In this document: in pieces, positions 50,859-60,915 of the stretch | Layout: each line of letters opens with the position of its first letter | Position numbering within the stretch: the stretch's first letter is position 1 | Sequence record: OL960577.1 | Source of the DNA: Escherichia phage vB_EcoM_SA35RD | Strand: one strand, 5' to 3' | Length of the DNA stretch: 64,000 nt | Program-made: the position numbers and the translations under genes | Notes under the pieces: generated by a model | The model's database searches: none | Told to the model about the DNA's origin: nothing | What the model saw: the letters and a program-made list of their open reading frames with translations, nothing else

Positions 50859-51524
50859 ATGGCCGATTTAAAAGCTGGTAGTACAACTGGCGGTGCTGTT
50901 ATATGGCATCAAGGTAATTTCCCTTTAATGCCAGCAGGTGATGACGTCCTGTATAAAACGTTTAAACTCTATTCAGAATATAATAAACCGCAAGCTGCTG
51001 ATAACGATTTCGTTTCTAAAGCTAATGGTGGTACTTATGCATCAAAGGTAACATTTAACGGCGGCGTTCAAGTCCCGTATGCTGTAAACAACACAAACCC
51101 GTGCGGTATTTATCCAGGTAACGGTGATAATGCTACTTTTGCTGTAGCAAATATCGATATTGTTTCATGGAATGGTATTGGTTTTAAATCATCGCAAGGT
51201 TCAGCAGCCCGAACTGTTGTAATTAATGCACGTAATGGTGATATTAATACAAAAGGTGTTGTGTCTGCGGCAGGTCAAGTAAGAAGTGATGCAGCTGCTC
51301 CTATAGCAGCGAATGACCTTACTAGAAAGGACTATGTTGATGGACGAATAAATATTGTTACGGATAACGCAAATTCCCGTGTATTGCGTAAAGGCGATAC
51401 CATGACTGGTACTTTAACAGCACCAAACTTTTTCTCACAGAATCCGGCGTCTGAGGCTAATCATGTTCCTCGTTTCGACCAGATTGTAATTAAAGATTCT
51501 GTTCAAGATTTCGGCTATTATTAA
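50859..51524 (+). CDS. 36: Long tail fibre distal connector gp36
   Basis: 221 aa (same as T4 gp36). Confidence 0.85.
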   Translation: MADLKAGSTTGGAVIWHQGNFPLMPAGDDVLYKTFKLYSEYNKPQAADNDFVSKANGGTYASKVTFNGGVQVPYAVNNTNPCGIYPGNGDNATFAVANIDIVSWNGIGFKSSQGSAARTVVINARNGDINTKGVVSAAGQVRSDAAAPIAANDLTRKDYVDGRINIVTDNANSRVLRKGDTMTGTLTAPNFFSQNPASEANHVPRFDQIVIKDSVQDFGYY

Positions 51525-51532
51525 GAGGACTT

Positions 51533-54500
51533 ATGGCTACATTAAAACAGATACAATTTAAAAGAAGCAAAGTGGCAGGAGTTAATCCTACTGCAGCACA
51601 ATTAGCCGAAGGCGAATTAGCGATAAACTTAAAAGACCGAACTCTTTTTACTAAAGATGACCTCGGTAATATTATTAGCCTGGGCTTTGCTAAGGGTGGG
51701 CAAGTTGACGGCAACGTTACTATTAACGGACTTTTGAGATTAAATGGCGATTATGTACAAACAGGTGGAATGACTGTAAACGGACCAATTGGTTCTACTG
51801 ATGGCGTAACTGCAAAAGTTTTCAGATCTACACAGGGTTCGTTTTATACAAGAGCATCAAACGATACTGCAAATGCCCATTTATGGTTTGAAAATGCCGA
51901 TGGCACTGAACGAGGCGTTATATATGCTCGTCCTCAAACTACAACTGATGGTGAAATACGCCTTAGGGTTAGACAAGGAACAGGAAGCACTACTAATAGT
52001 GAATTCTATTTCCGTTCTATAAATGGAGGCGAATTTCAGGCTAACCGTATTTTAGCATCAGATTCGTTAGTAACTAAACGCATTGCAGTTGATACAGTTA
52101 TTCACGGCGGCAAAGCCTTTGGTGTATATGATACGGATTCATTAGTTAACTATGTATACCCAGGCACCGGTGAAACGAATGGTGTAAACTATCTTCGTAG
52201 AGTTCGTGCCAAATCCGGTGGCACTATGTGGCATGAGCTTTGTACTGCTCAATTAGGCCAAGCTGATGAAATGTCTTGGTGGACAGGTAATACTCCACAG
52301 TCAAAACAGTATGGTATTCGTAATGATGGTCGAATGGCTGGCCGTAATAGCCTTGCATTAGGTACATTCACTACAGATTTCCCGTCTAGCGATTATGGTA
52401 ACGTCGGTGTAATGGGCGATAAGTATCTTGTTCTCGGTGACACTGTAACAGGTCTGAAATATATTAAACAAGGAGTTTATGATTTAGTTGGCGGTGGTTA
52501 TTCTGTTGCTTCTGTTACTCCTGACAGTTTCCGTAGTACTCGTAAAGCGTTATTTGGACGTTCAGAAGACCAAGGCACTACATGGATTATGCCTGGTACT
52601 AATGCTGCATTTTTATCAGTCCAAACTCAAGCGGATGTGAATAACGCAGGGGACGGTCAGACGCATATTGGCTATAACTCTGGTGGAAAAATGTCACACT
52701 ATTTCCGCGGTAAAGGCCAAATGAATATTAATACCCAAGAAGGTATGGAAATTAACCCCGGTGTTCTTAAACTAGTAACAGGCGCTAATAATGTAAGGTT
52801 TTATGCTGATGGCGGTATTACATCTGTTAAGCAGCTTTCAATATATAACGGCGTATATTTAGCAGCTAATAACTCAACAGCAGGTTTGACTTTTTCAGCA
52901 ACTACCACGATTGATGGCACCAAACAAATCCTTTGGGAAGGCGGCACTCGAGCAGGCCAGAATAAGAGTTATGTAACTGTTAAAGCATGGGGTAATGCCT
53001 TTAACGCATCTGGCGATCATTCCCGTGAAACAGTTTTTGAAGTATCAGATGGACAAGGTTACCATTTTTATTCTCAACGAGTTGCTCCTGGTGCAGGTTC
53101 TACTGTCGGACCTATTCAATTCCGAGTTAATGGCGGTTTATTAACTTCAGGTAGTATTGTTGCTTCTGGTTCTATTACAACTGAATCTTCTTTGAGTGTT
53201 AATAATGGCATGACAGTAAATGGCCAGGCTAAGTTTGGCGGAACTGCAGATGCGTTAAGAATTTGGAATGCTGAATATGGTGCTATTTTCCGTCGTTCAG
53301 AGGCGGCATTGCATATTATCCCGACTCCTAAAGATGCTGGAGAATCAGGTGGAATAAGCAATCTCCGTCCATTAAGTATTAGTCTTAATAATGGTATGGT
53401 ACAAATGCGCCATTCTGTCACGTTAGGCGATGATGGCGCTGGCGGTAATATGATTACTGTGGACAATGATAACAAACTTGTTGTTGTTACTAGTCATAGT
53501 CGTATTTCTCCTAATTACCGTATGCAGGTAGGACAAGCAGCTTATATTGATGCTGAATGTACTGACACCGTTCGCCCGGCTGGTGCAGGGTCTTTTGCTT
53601 CACAAAATAATGAAAACGTTCGTGCTCCGTTCTATATGAATATTAATCGCACAGATACAAGTACTTACGTTCCTATTTTAAAACAACGTTATGTTCAAGG
53701 AAATAGCTGTTATTCTTTAGGTACTTTAATAAATGGCGGTAACTTCAGAGTTCATTATCATGAAGGTGGAGACGGAAGTTCAACAGGCGCAACTATAAAA
53801 GATTTAGGCTGGGAATTTACACGTTCTGGTGATTTTATATCTCCTAAGCGCATTTCTGCTGGGGGTTCAGTTTATTTAGGTACAGACGGTAACATTACTG
53901 GTGGTTCTGGTAATTTTGCCAACTTAAATAGTACAATTGAATCACTTAAAACTGATATTGTCTCAAGTTATCCAATTGGTGCTCCGATTCCTTGGCCTAC
54001 TGATACACCTCCTGAAGGCTATGCCATAATGGAAGGTCAAACATTTGATGCTGACTTGTATCCTAAGTTAGCTGCAGTGTATCCTTCCGGCGCTCTGCCT
54101 GATATGCGTGGTCAGACGATTAAAGGTAAACCATCTGGGCGTGCTGTATTAAGTACAGAAGCAGACGGTGTTAAGTCACATAGCCATAGTGCAAGTGCAT
54201 CAAACACAGATTTGGGTACTAAGACCACTTCTAGTTTTGATTACGGTAGCAAAACGACTTCAAGCTTTGATTACGGTACCAAGACCAGTAATACCACTGG
54301 TAACCATAACCATACAGTGAGTGGTAATACTAGTTCCGCAGGAGCTCACCAACACGCGCGTTCAGGTCCACAGGTCACTGCTGCATGGGCAGACGATTTG
54401 TTTAGAGACGGGGTTACTACGATAGGTGCAAACTCATATGCTAAAATTAACTCAGGTATCACTGGTTCGACTTTAGCAACTAAGGTCGGTAAAACATCAA

Positions 54501-54724
54501 ATGACGGTGCCCATACCCATAGTTGGTCAGGAACTACTAGCTCTACGGGTAACCATGCTCATACGGTAGGTATTGGTGCTCATACCCATTCGGTAGGTAT
54601 TGGTGCTCATTCTCATACTGTTGCAATTGGTTCCCATGGACATACAATAACTGTAAATGCCGCAGGAAATACAGAAAACACTGTTAAAAACGTTGCTTTT
54701 AACTATATCGTTCGTTTAGCATAA
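51533..54724 (+). CDS. 37: Long tail fibre distal subunit / receptor-binding protein gp37
   Basis: 1063 aa; C-terminal His-x-His repeats ([42 protein letters not shown]) and terminal …NYIVRLA as in T4 gp37. Confidence 0.9.
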   Translation: MATLKQIQFKRSKVAGVNPTAAQLAEGELAINLKDRTLFTKDDLGNIISLGFAKGGQVDGNVTINGLLRLNGDYVQTGGMTVNGPIGSTDGVTAKVFRSTQGSFYTRASNDTANAHLWFENADGTERGVIYARPQTTTDGEIRLRVRQGTGSTTNSEFYFRSINGGEFQANRILASDSLVTKRIAVDTVIHGGKAFGVYDTDSLVNYVYPGTGETNGVNYLRRVRAKSGGTMWHELCTAQLGQADEMSWWTGNTPQSKQYGIRNDGRMAGRNSLALGTFTTDFPSSDYGNVGVMGDKYLVLGDTVTGLKYIKQGVYDLVGGGYSVASVTPDSFRSTRKALFGRSEDQGTTWIMPGTNAAFLSVQTQADVNNAGDGQTHIGYNSGGKMSHYFRGKGQMNINTQEGMEINPGVLKLVTGANNVRFYADGGITSVKQLSIYNGVYLAANNSTAGLTFSATTTIDGTKQILWEGGTRAGQNKSYVTVKAWGNAFNASGDHSRETVFEVSDGQGYHFYSQRVAPGAGSTVGPIQFRVNGGLLTSGSIVASGSITTESSLSVNNGMTVNGQAKFGGTADALRIWNAEYGAIFRRSEAALHIIPTPKDAGESGGISNLRPLSISLNNGMVQMRHSVTLGDDGAGGNMITVDNDNKLVVVTSHSRISPNYRMQVGQAAYIDAECTDTVRPAGAGSFASQNNENVRAPFYMNINRTDTSTYVPILKQRYVQGNSCYSLGTLINGGNFRVHYHEGGDGSSTGATIKDLGWEFTRSGDFISPKRISAGGSVYLGTDGNITGGSGNFANLNSTIESLKTDIVSSYPIGAPIPWPTDTPPEGYAIMEGQTFDADLYPKLAAVYPSGALPDMRGQTIKGKPSGRAVLSTEADGVKSHSHSASASNTDLGTKTTSSFDYGSKTTSSFDYGTKTSNTTGNHNHTVSGNTSSAGAHQHARSGPQVTAAWADDLFRDGVTTIGANSYAKINSGITGSTLATKVGKTSNDGAHTHSWSGTTSSTGNHAHTVGIGAHTHSVGIGAHSHTVAIGSHGHTITVNAAGNTENTVKNVAFNYIVRLA
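54221..54280 (+). repeat. Tandem 30-nt in-frame repeat (2 copies) inside gp37 distal region
   Basis: aagaccacttctagttttgattacggtagc / aaaacgacttcaagctttgattacggtacc encode [10 protein letters not shown] / [10 protein letters not shown]. Confidence 0.8.
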
Positions 54725-54730
54725 GGAGAA

Positions 54731-54744
54731 GGGACTTCTGTCCC
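54731..54744 (+). terminator. Terminator hairpin after gene 37
   Basis: gggacTTCTgtccc followed by TTTTT. Confidence 0.6.
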
Positions 54745-54754
54745 TTTTTATAAT

Positions 54755-55306
54755 ATGAAACTCTATCACTATTATTTTGACACTAAAGAATTTTACAAAG
54801 AAGAAAATTATAAACCATTAAAAGGCGTAGGATTTCCAGCTCATTCGACACCAAAAAAACCTTTAGACCCTAAAGAAGGCTATGCTGTTATATTTGACGA
54901 ACGCGAGCAAGAATGGGTATATGTTGAAGACCATCGAGGAAAAACAGTATGGACATATGATAAGCAAAAAATTGTTATTGACACTCCAGGTGCTCTTCAA
55001 AATGTTACTACAGAAGAACCTGGTGAATTTGACATTTGGACCGACGACGGGTGGAAGGAAGATGAAGCATATAAACGAGTAGTTCAACGTGATAAGAAAA
55101 TTCATGAACTCTATAAATTATTCAGTGTTTTAAGTTCTCTTATTGACGCAGAGGTTGCTAATAGAGAAGAAAAACGAAAATTTAAAGAGCTCAAAAAATT
55201 CTTTGCCCTTTTAGAAAAACATGAACATCTTGGCGGCGAATTCCCTAAATTCCCTGACCTTGAAAACAAATCTATTATCAAAGCGATTATAAATATCTTT
55301 AAGTAA
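54755..55306 (+). CDS. 38: Tail fibre assembly chaperone gp38 (T4-type)
   Basis: 183 aa; MKLYHYYFDTKEFYKEENYKPLKG…FALLEKHEHLGGEFP matches T4 gp38 chaperone, not T2-type adhesin. Confidence 0.9.
   Translation: MKLYHYYFDTKEFYKEENYKPLKGVGFPAHSTPKKPLDPKEGYAVIFDEREQEWVYVEDHRGKTVWTYDKQKIVIDTPGALQNVTTEEPGEFDIWTDDGWKEDEAYKRVVQRDKKIHELYKLFSVLSSLIDAEVANREEKRKFKELKKFFALLEKHEHLGGEFPKFPDLENKSIIKAIINIFK
55288..55295 (+). promoter_or_regulatory. Late promoter (TATAAATA) for holin t, inside 3' end of gene 38
   Basis: Exact TATAAATA 20 nt upstream of the t start codon. Confidence 0.55.
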
Positions 55307-55315
55307 GGAGGTATT

Positions 55316-55975
55316 ATGGCAACACCAAAAGTGTCATTTTCACCTAGTGATATTCTATTTGGGTTGCTAGATCGTATTTTCAAAGATAACGCTACTGGAA
55401 AGGTTTTAATGTCCCGAGTAGCGGTAATTATTCTTTTGTTCCTAATGGCACTAATATGGTACAAAGGAAGTATTTTGCTGGATTATTATGTAAGAGCTAA
55501 GTATGATACTTATACTGAAATAATCCAAAAAGAACGAGCTTTACGTTTTGAATCTGCGGCTCTAGAACAACTGCAAATAGTTCATATCTCATCTGGTGCA
55601 GATTTTAGTGCTGTGTATTCTTTCAGACCTAAAAACTTAAATTATTTCGTCGACCTTATAGCTTATGAAGGCAAACTACCTAGCACAATTTCTGAAAAGT
55701 CCCTTGGCGGATTCCCGGTGGATAAAACGGCCAATGAATATATAATTCATTTAAGTGGCCGTCATTTCTCATCTAAATCAGAATTTGCATTTTTGCCTAC
55801 AAAATCTAAGACTGCTGAACTTTCTTATATGTATAGTTGTCCATACTTTAATTTGGATAACATCTATGCTGGAACTGTGACGATGTATTGGTATAAGGGG
55901 AGTAATATACTTGAGGAAGATCGCTTAGCAGCTATATGCAACCAAGCGGTCCGAATACTAGGAAGGGCTAAATAA
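55316..55975 (+). CDS. t: Holin T
   Basis: 219 aa; ISFSPSDILFG…KDNATGKVL…single TM then large periplasmic domain, as T4 T holin. Confidence 0.9.
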   Translation: MATPKVSFSPSDILFGLLDRIFKDNATGKVLMSRVAVIILLFLMALIWYKGSILLDYYVRAKYDTYTEIIQKERALRFESAALEQLQIVHISSGADFSAVYSFRPKNLNYFVDLIAYEGKLPSTISEKSLGGFPVDKTANEYIIHLSGRHFSSKSEFAFLPTKSKTAELSYMYSCPYFNLDNIYAGTVTMYWYKGSNILEEDRLAAICNQAVRILGRAK

Positions 55976-56248
55976 TTAGTTGTTAGAATACATCGCTAAA
56001 TGACGATAAATATTTTCAAAACCTTCATTGAATTCACTAATCAGTGTTTTCTTTTCTTCGGCAGTTAAATTTGTAATTAGTTTTCTGAACGAATTCTGAT
56101 TTAGCTGCCGACCATCTTTTTTAATTCCAATCTCATTCAAGAATCCGATGAAACTTGCTCGGTCTTCAACAATATCTTCCCTAGAGAATTTAATCAAAAT
56201 AGAAGCAATAGTAATAATTTCACGTACGATTTCAATGTCTTTATTCAT
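55976..56248 (-). CDS. asiA: Anti-sigma-70 protein AsiA
   Basis: 90 aa; MNKDIEIVREIITIASILIKFSREDIVE…LNQNSFRK… matches T4 AsiA. Confidence 0.9.
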   Translation of the reverse strand: MNKDIEIVREIITIASILIKFSREDIVEDRASFIGFLNEIGIKKDGRQLNQNSFRKLITNLTAEEKKTLISEFNEGFENIYRHLAMYSNN

Positions 56249-56294
56249 AACGTTTTATTCATTCCACTTAGTTGATATGGATATAGTACCATTA

Positions 56295-56456
56295 TCAGTG
56301 TTGATTGTAAATGGCTTTTTCTACGCTTTTAACGTAATTGGTATAGTCTTCCTGTTCGTACGAGTGTAAGGCTAAGAACAGAGCTAATAATTCATTATAG
56401 ACTAAGGCCTCACGCTCACGTTCGGCCTCTACTACGTTCTGAAGATTATGACTCAT
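56295..56456 (-). CDS. Hypothetical small protein (53 aa)
   Basis: Start set at MSHNLQ with SD AAGGAA; the longer 71-aa form would overlap the upstream gene more extensively. Confidence 0.4.
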   Translation of the reverse strand: MSHNLQNVVEAEREREALVYNELLALFLALHSYEQEDYTNYVKSVEKAIYNQH

Positions 56457-56745
56457 ATCGTTCCTTATAACTATCAATGTAATCCTGTATGTCAAAGAAT
56501 GACATTTCATATTCTAGGACATTAAGAGCCCGTTCTTCAGTATAGTCAGAACCAAAGACGATAGTGATTTCACCAGGCTTCATATGATTGAAATCGACAC
56601 TAAAAGGAATACGAGAACATACTTCGTCTGCCATATCTACGATAACACTACGACACACTTCTCGGTTAACCTGATAAAGCTCTGCAAGTTCTTCACATCG
56701 AATAACAAGTTCAGTGGCAGGATTTTCTTTGATTTTAGTAAGCAT
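56446..56745 (-). CDS. arn: Acidic small protein, candidate Arn (anti-restriction DNA mimic)
   Basis: 99 aa from MLTKIK… with SD AAGGGT; acidic composition; position next to asiA as T4 arn; a 128-aa upstream start is possible. Confidence 0.45.
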   Translation of the reverse strand: MLTKIKENPATELVIRCEELAELYQVNREVCRSVIVDMADEVCSRIPFSVDFNHMKPGEITIVFGSDYTEERALNVLEYEMSFFDIQDYIDSYKERYES

Positions 56746-56828
56746 AGTCTTTACCCTTATGTTTTTGTTTACGTTTAGATTGAAGTTCTGATTTCTTTTT
56801 GTCCTTATGGACGGAAGCCTTATTGAAA

Positions 56829-57047
56829 TCATGTTTTGCTACAAGATTGTTCATAATGCTTTATAACCTCGTTTAAACATTTACTAGTGAAAGAAAACTT
56901 TTTAGCCACAGAACATTCGATAATGTGCTCTTTCAAATCTTTAGAGTCGGTATAACCCATCTCAATAATAAAGTGGCGAATTAAAGCTTTATTCTTATCA
57001 TTAACAGAATTAAAATAATCTGCTTTAGAATCAATTATTCTCATCAT
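56829..57047 (-). CDS. Hypothetical protein (72 aa)
   Basis: ORF in arn-motA cluster with ATGA-type overlap to neighbour. Confidence 0.5.
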   Translation of the reverse strand: MMRIIDSKADYFNSVNDKNKALIRHFIIEMGYTDSKDLKEHIIECSVAKKFSFTSKCLNEVIKHYEQSCSKT

Positions 57048-57312
57048 CTAATTTCCTTAATTGATATTGCAACGAGCTAATAATTTCTTCATTCATTTTA
57101 ATATACATGTCACGCAAGAAAGGTTTTAATCCATCACGAATAATTGCTAACGTATCACCTTTACATAAATTAACCAAATAAGGATGGTCTAAAGCATCCC
57201 AACCAGGCTGATTAGCATACATACCATAATTTTCTTCCATCATAGCATTCAGGCGTTTGATATGATTAATGTGGGCTTCAATAGCATCAATCTGGAGTTG
57301 TTTAATATTCAT
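57031..57312 (-). CDS. Hypothetical protein (93 aa)
   Basis: ORF in arn-motA cluster. Confidence 0.55.
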   Translation of the reverse strand: MNIKQLQIDAIEAHINHIKRLNAMMEENYGMYANQPGWDALDHPYLVNLCKGDTLAIIRDGLKPFLRDMYIKMNEEIISSLQYQLRKLDDENN

Positions 57313-57773
57313 TAATAAAGGTCCTCTGAATAAAGCTCTTTTTCATTACCACCACGTTCAATACGTACCTGTCCAGCATACGTTGCAATAATCATTGCTT
57401 CTTCACGAGTCCAGTAATTAGAGTATTGATCAATAAAGCCTTGGTCGTCGCCACAAACTTGCTGCGAGACTAATTGAGGACCAACTATATCAAGTACTTC
57501 AGCCATATCTTTAGAGTAATGACGAGCACCTGGAATAATAAGAGTTCGTCCATCTTTTAATTTAAAACGATTAGCTGCACAGACAATTCGTCGTTGATAC
57601 TTTTGGTTTTCATCCCAATACAGAGTCTGCCAACAGATTTCAGGAACTTCATCTAAAACATTTTGTTCTGTATATTCACCGCCGTAAGAAGCTAATTTAG
57701 CAGCCAGACTTTCCGGAGTCTCACGAGATAAAGCTTTATCTAACAGAGCTAAACGTTCTTTAAAAGTTTTCAT
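57312..57773 (-). CDS. Hypothetical protein (153 aa)
   Basis: ORF with 1-nt overlaps to both neighbours. Confidence 0.6.
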   Translation of the reverse strand: MKTFKERLALLDKALSRETPESLAAKLASYGGEYTEQNVLDEVPEICWQTLYWDENQKYQRRIVCAANRFKLKDGRTLIIPGARHYSKDMAEVLDIVGPQLVSQQVCGDDQGFIDQYSNYWTREEAMIIATYAGQVRIERGGNEKELYSEDLY

Positions 57774-58099
57774 TTAAACCATTCCTTAATACGTTGCCAA
57801 ATAGATTTTTGTGCTTGTTTATTTACACCAATCGAACGAATAACCGGTTGTGACTGCTGATATTCTTTATAATCTTCTTTATAGATTTCGTAAGCTGCAT
57901 CAACAAATGAACTGATCGCTGCCATGTAGTTTTTACGAAGGCCAAATGGCGCGTCATTATTTTCACGAATAACCGTATATTGGCCTGCTTTAATCTTTAC
58001 AATTGTCCCTAAATAAGCCCCGTGGTACCAAATATCCCATCCTTCCTGAGTAGGTTCTGCACATTTACGAAGTTCGTTAATAATATTCAGCTTATTCAT
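57770..58099 (-). CDS. Hypothetical protein (109 aa)
   Basis: ORF immediately downstream of motA with SD. Confidence 0.6.
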   Translation of the reverse strand: MNKLNIINELRKCAEPTQEGWDIWYHGAYLGTIVKIKAGQYTVIRENNDAPFGLRKNYMAAISSFVDAAYEIYKEDYKEYQQSQPVIRSIGVNKQAQKSIWQRIKEWFK

Positions 58100-58109
58100 T
58101 ATGTATTCC

Positions 58110-58742
58110 TCACAGTACGTTAGTTACAAGGGTAATGATTTCTTTGGACACATTAGGGAAGTCAATGTAAGTATATTTACCACCGATCTTAATCTTAACA
58201 TCATTTTCAAGAGAAGTAAACAGCTTTGATTCAGTTTCTGTCATGTTGTATGCAAAGATTCTAAGAGAACCATCTCGACGAATTTCGATCTGACGAATAC
58301 CTAGAACTCGTTTTGCAAATCGAACTTCCAAGTTACTACGGTTTTCACCAATTTCTTTAACTTCAACTTTATCTTTAATATTTTCAAAAACAAAGTTTGC
58401 TAATTCATGCATTTCAGGAGTAACTCCACGTGCTTTTCTAGTGTTACGTTTCTGAAGAAGTTCTGGAGCATTTTCTTGAGCAAAGAGGTCTGCAGCTTTT
58501 TGGATAATATCCATTGCTTCGCCTGTTGCTACAAGTCCATCACCGGATTTTTCGACTAAACCTTTCTTAATCAATACACCAATGTTAGAGTTAACAACCG
58601 ATGCATTGTATTCTGCTTCCAGAGCTTCACGGACATTGGCAGCAGTGGTGAAGTTGTTCTTAATGATATAAACCATTATTGCAGCAGTTTTTTCATTCAG
58701 AGCGTTTTCAGAAGCTTTGATGATGTAAGTAACTTTAGACAT
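58110..58742 (-). CDS. motA: Middle transcription activator MotA
   Basis: 210 aa; MSKVTYIIKAS…VVNSNIGVLIKKGLVEKSGDGL…AQENAPELL matches T4 MotA N-terminal domain. Confidence 0.9.
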   Translation of the reverse strand: MSKVTYIIKASENALNEKTAAIMVYIIKNNFTTAANVREALEAEYNASVVNSNIGVLIKKGLVEKSGDGLVATGEAMDIIQKAADLFAQENAPELLQKRNTRKARGVTPEMHELANFVFENIKDKVEVKEIGENRSNLEVRFAKRVLGIRQIEIRRDGSLRIFAYNMTETESKLFTSLENDVKIKIGGKYTYIDFPNVSKEIITLVTNVL

Positions 58743-58808
58743 TTTATTTCTCCAAATTAGTATTTGTTTTGATAGGTCTATAATATCATGTTTGAAGCAA
58801 AAGTAAAC
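58734..58808 (-). repeat. Promoter-leader-start cassette, copy A (upstream of motA)
   Basis: About 75 nt near-identical to 59053-59129: early promoter, leader, SD and first three codons (ATG TCT AAA). Confidence 0.7.
58780..58808 (-). promoter_or_regulatory. T4-type early promoter for motA
   Basis: GTTTAC, 17 nt, TATTAT; spacer contains a TGCTTCA MotA-box-like sequence. Confidence 0.55.
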
Positions 58809-58845
58809 TTTATTTTGGGCTCTTTTTCAAAAGCCCTGGTAAAAT

Positions 58846-59061
58846 TTACAAACTCATTTCTTTAATAAGGCTAATAAGCTTTGCCTTTTTAGAACGAAGC
58901 TTTTCTAAATGATGTCCATTTGAACCGCGAACCACTAAAGAATTGATTTCAACTTCTAAGAAATTTAATTCTTCAACAAGTGCTTTACGTGGAGCATTCA
59001 TGCCAGGTTTAACTTTACCGAAACGAGTAGTTGTGTTTTGGGTTAATTTCATTTTAGACAT
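58846..59061 (-). CDS. Hypothetical basic protein (71 aa)
   Basis: ORF with duplicated motA-type promoter and leader; begins MSK like MotA. Confidence 0.6.
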   Translation of the reverse strand: MSKMKLTQNTTTRFGKVKPGMNAPRKALVEELNFLEVEINSLVVRGSNGHHLEKLRSKKAKLISLIKEMSL

Positions 59062-59129
59062 TTTATTTCTCCAATTTGGTTGTTTTGTTTTGATATGTCT
59101 ATAATATCATGTTTGAAGCAAAAGTAAAC
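59053..59129 (-). repeat. Promoter-leader-start cassette, copy B
   Basis: Near-identical to 58734-58808; last 45 nt differ at one position. Confidence 0.7.
59101..59129 (-). promoter_or_regulatory. T4-type early promoter
   Basis: GTTTAC, 17 nt, TATTAT; 6-bp dyad TGATAT/ATATCA around the -10. Confidence 0.55.
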
Positions 59130-59154
59130 TGTTTTGTGAGAAAAATGCACAAAA

Positions 59155-59170
59155 GGGAGCCGAAGCTCCC
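59155..59170 (-). terminator. Terminator hairpin after gene 52
   Basis: GGGAGCUUCGGCUCCC followed by UUUUG on the minus transcript. Confidence 0.6.
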
Positions 59171-59246
59171 TAATCATGTTTGTCTAACCAATACAGCCAA
59201 ATCACTAGTACAGCTATTGCACCGAGAAATCCTAAGGCTAGGGCAC

Positions 59247-60572
59247 TCAAAGTGCCTCCAAGTCTTTAGTGTACTCTGTCACAACATCAGTAGACTTCCA
59301 ATACTCATTTTCTTCTTTCTTAGCTTTAGCTTCTTCTGCTAGTTTACGTGCTTCGTCGGAAGTGATATGGAAGATGTTAAGACCTACCAGTTTATCGACA
59401 TGTTCTTTATACATTTCGATTTGTGCTAGCTCTTCAGTCAAAGCTTTACGAGTCTTGCCCTGAATCACAATTTCACCACTGATAACTTTTTTGATGAAGT
59501 GTGCCTTAGCAAAAGCAAGTTTAAATGCTTTTTCAGATTCAAGGATTTTGTTGTCAATACGTTTCTGAACGTAAGTCTTACGGACTTCAACAAAATCTTT
59601 GATTAAGTCCACTACGTTATCGTAGACAGCTAATTTACCCTTTTCATTAATCACTGTGATGTTTTGTGAACGACGTTCGATGAGACTAAAATCTTTCATG
59701 ATTTTTTCATGACGTAGCTCTTCATCATCAGGAAGCGAGTACTCTTTACGGAACTTCACCTTAAACCCAAAGCCGTGTTCACCGCAATCATCTTCCCATG
59801 AGATTAGACCTTTGTCTTCCAACGGGTCAAGAACCTTACTCACATACGTTTCACGGTCGAATTTATATGGGATTTCAGTTATCTGCATTTGAGTACGAGA
59901 TGTGAACTTATATGTTCCGTGAATCTCATAACGCCCATCAACTTCATGTACTTCACCACGGAATTCCGGGAATTCAACTTTTGGCTTAGTGACATTTTTA
60001 CCTTGAAGAGCTTGTAATACAGCCTTTTTTACCGATTTAAAACTATGAGGCAGAATATTTGTTGCGTAACCGGTTGCAATACCAGAAACACCATTCAAAA
60101 GAACTGTCGGAATAATAGGAAGATAGAATTTTGGTGGAATGTGTTCTTTATCTTCATGAGCTGGAGCATATTCAGTATCTTTATATACGTTATAGAAATT
60201 TTTACTTACACGAGCAAAAATATAACGAGATGCTGCAGCTTTTTGGACTGTTCTAGAACCAAAGTTGCCTTGGCCATCTAACAGTGGATAGTTGTTGTTC
60301 CACGTGTTAGCCATCAATGCACCTGCATCTTGTGCAGAAGATTCACCATGGTGATAACCTAAATCTGCAACACCTCCTGCAATTGACGCAAGTTTATGAA
60401 ATTTTTCTTTATTACCACGAGCCAAATCTAACGCACGATGAACCACAAAACGTTGAACCGGCTTAAATCCATCAATCATGTTTGGGATTGCACGGTTTTC
60501 AACGGTGTACATCGCATATGCTAAGGCTTCGTTATCAATAATACTTTTTAGATTACGAGAATTCAATTGCAT
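59247..60572 (-). CDS. 52: DNA topoisomerase II medium subunit gp52 (GyrA-like N-terminal domain)
   Basis: 441 aa (T4 gp52 442 aa); AYAMYTVENRAIPNMIDGFKPVQRFVVHRAL… with the GyrA-type catalytic Tyr region. Confidence 0.9.
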   Translation of the reverse strand: MQLNSRNLKSIIDNEALAYAMYTVENRAIPNMIDGFKPVQRFVVHRALDLARGNKEKFHKLASIAGGVADLGYHHGESSAQDAGALMANTWNNNYPLLDGQGNFGSRTVQKAAASRYIFARVSKNFYNVYKDTEYAPAHEDKEHIPPKFYLPIIPTVLLNGVSGIATGYATNILPHSFKSVKKAVLQALQGKNVTKPKVEFPEFRGEVHEVDGRYEIHGTYKFTSRTQMQITEIPYKFDRETYVSKVLDPLEDKGLISWEDDCGEHGFGFKVKFRKEYSLPDDEELRHEKIMKDFSLIERRSQNITVINEKGKLAVYDNVVDLIKDFVEVRKTYVQKRIDNKILESEKAFKLAFAKAHFIKKVISGEIVIQGKTRKALTEELAQIEMYKEHVDKLVGLNIFHITSDEARKLAEEAKAKKEENEYWKSTDVVTEYTKDLEAL

Positions 60573-60576
60573 ATTT

Positions 60577-60717
60577 TCACCATATTAATGAACGAATAAC
60601 CATTATAACATCTGAAATGAAAAGCACTACTTGGATTAGTCCAAACATCACACCATAGTACAGAACCGTAAGCAGCAACAAGAGCCCGAAGGCTCCTGCT
60701 AAGATTTTCTTAATCAT
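60577..60717 (-). CDS. Possible 46-aa hydrophobic peptide (uncertain)
   Basis: Hand-translated MIKKILAGAFGLLLLLTVLYYGVMFGLIQVVLFISDVIMVIRSLIW; start overlaps upstream stop (TAATGA); a GC hairpin (60682-60695) lies inside it. Confidence 0.25.
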   Translation of the reverse strand: MIKKILAGAFGLLLLLTVLYYGVMFGLIQVVLFISDVIMVIRSLIW

Positions 60718-60863
60718 TACTCGCCTTTTAACACGTTAAGAAGAGCTAAGACCGCTAAGGTACCTTGTGATACGGCCTGTTGAAATACTGTTGTTTCGCC
60801 TGTAACTAAAGTGTTAACGAATAAAAACGACCAACACAGCAATGCAATAATCCATGCTACCAT
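60717..60863 (-). CDS. Small membrane protein (48 aa), possibly Ac-like
   Basis: Hand-translated MVAWIIALLCWSFLFVNTLVTGETTVFQQAVSQGTLAVLALLNVLKGE; position of T4 ac between 52 and ndd. Confidence 0.4.
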   Translation of the reverse strand: MVAWIIALLCWSFLFVNTLVTGETTVFQQAVSQGTLAVLALLNVLKGE

Positions 60864-60915
60864 TTTAATTACCTCAAAAATAAATTAAAGGCCCAACTTA
60901 ATAGGCCCGTATAAA

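Noticed and set aside
60877-60896. Possible hairpin between ac-like gene and ndd (ggccc…ggccc)
   Set aside because: The two GGCCC blocks are direct, not inverted; only a weak 4-bp self-complementary GGCC pairing is possible.
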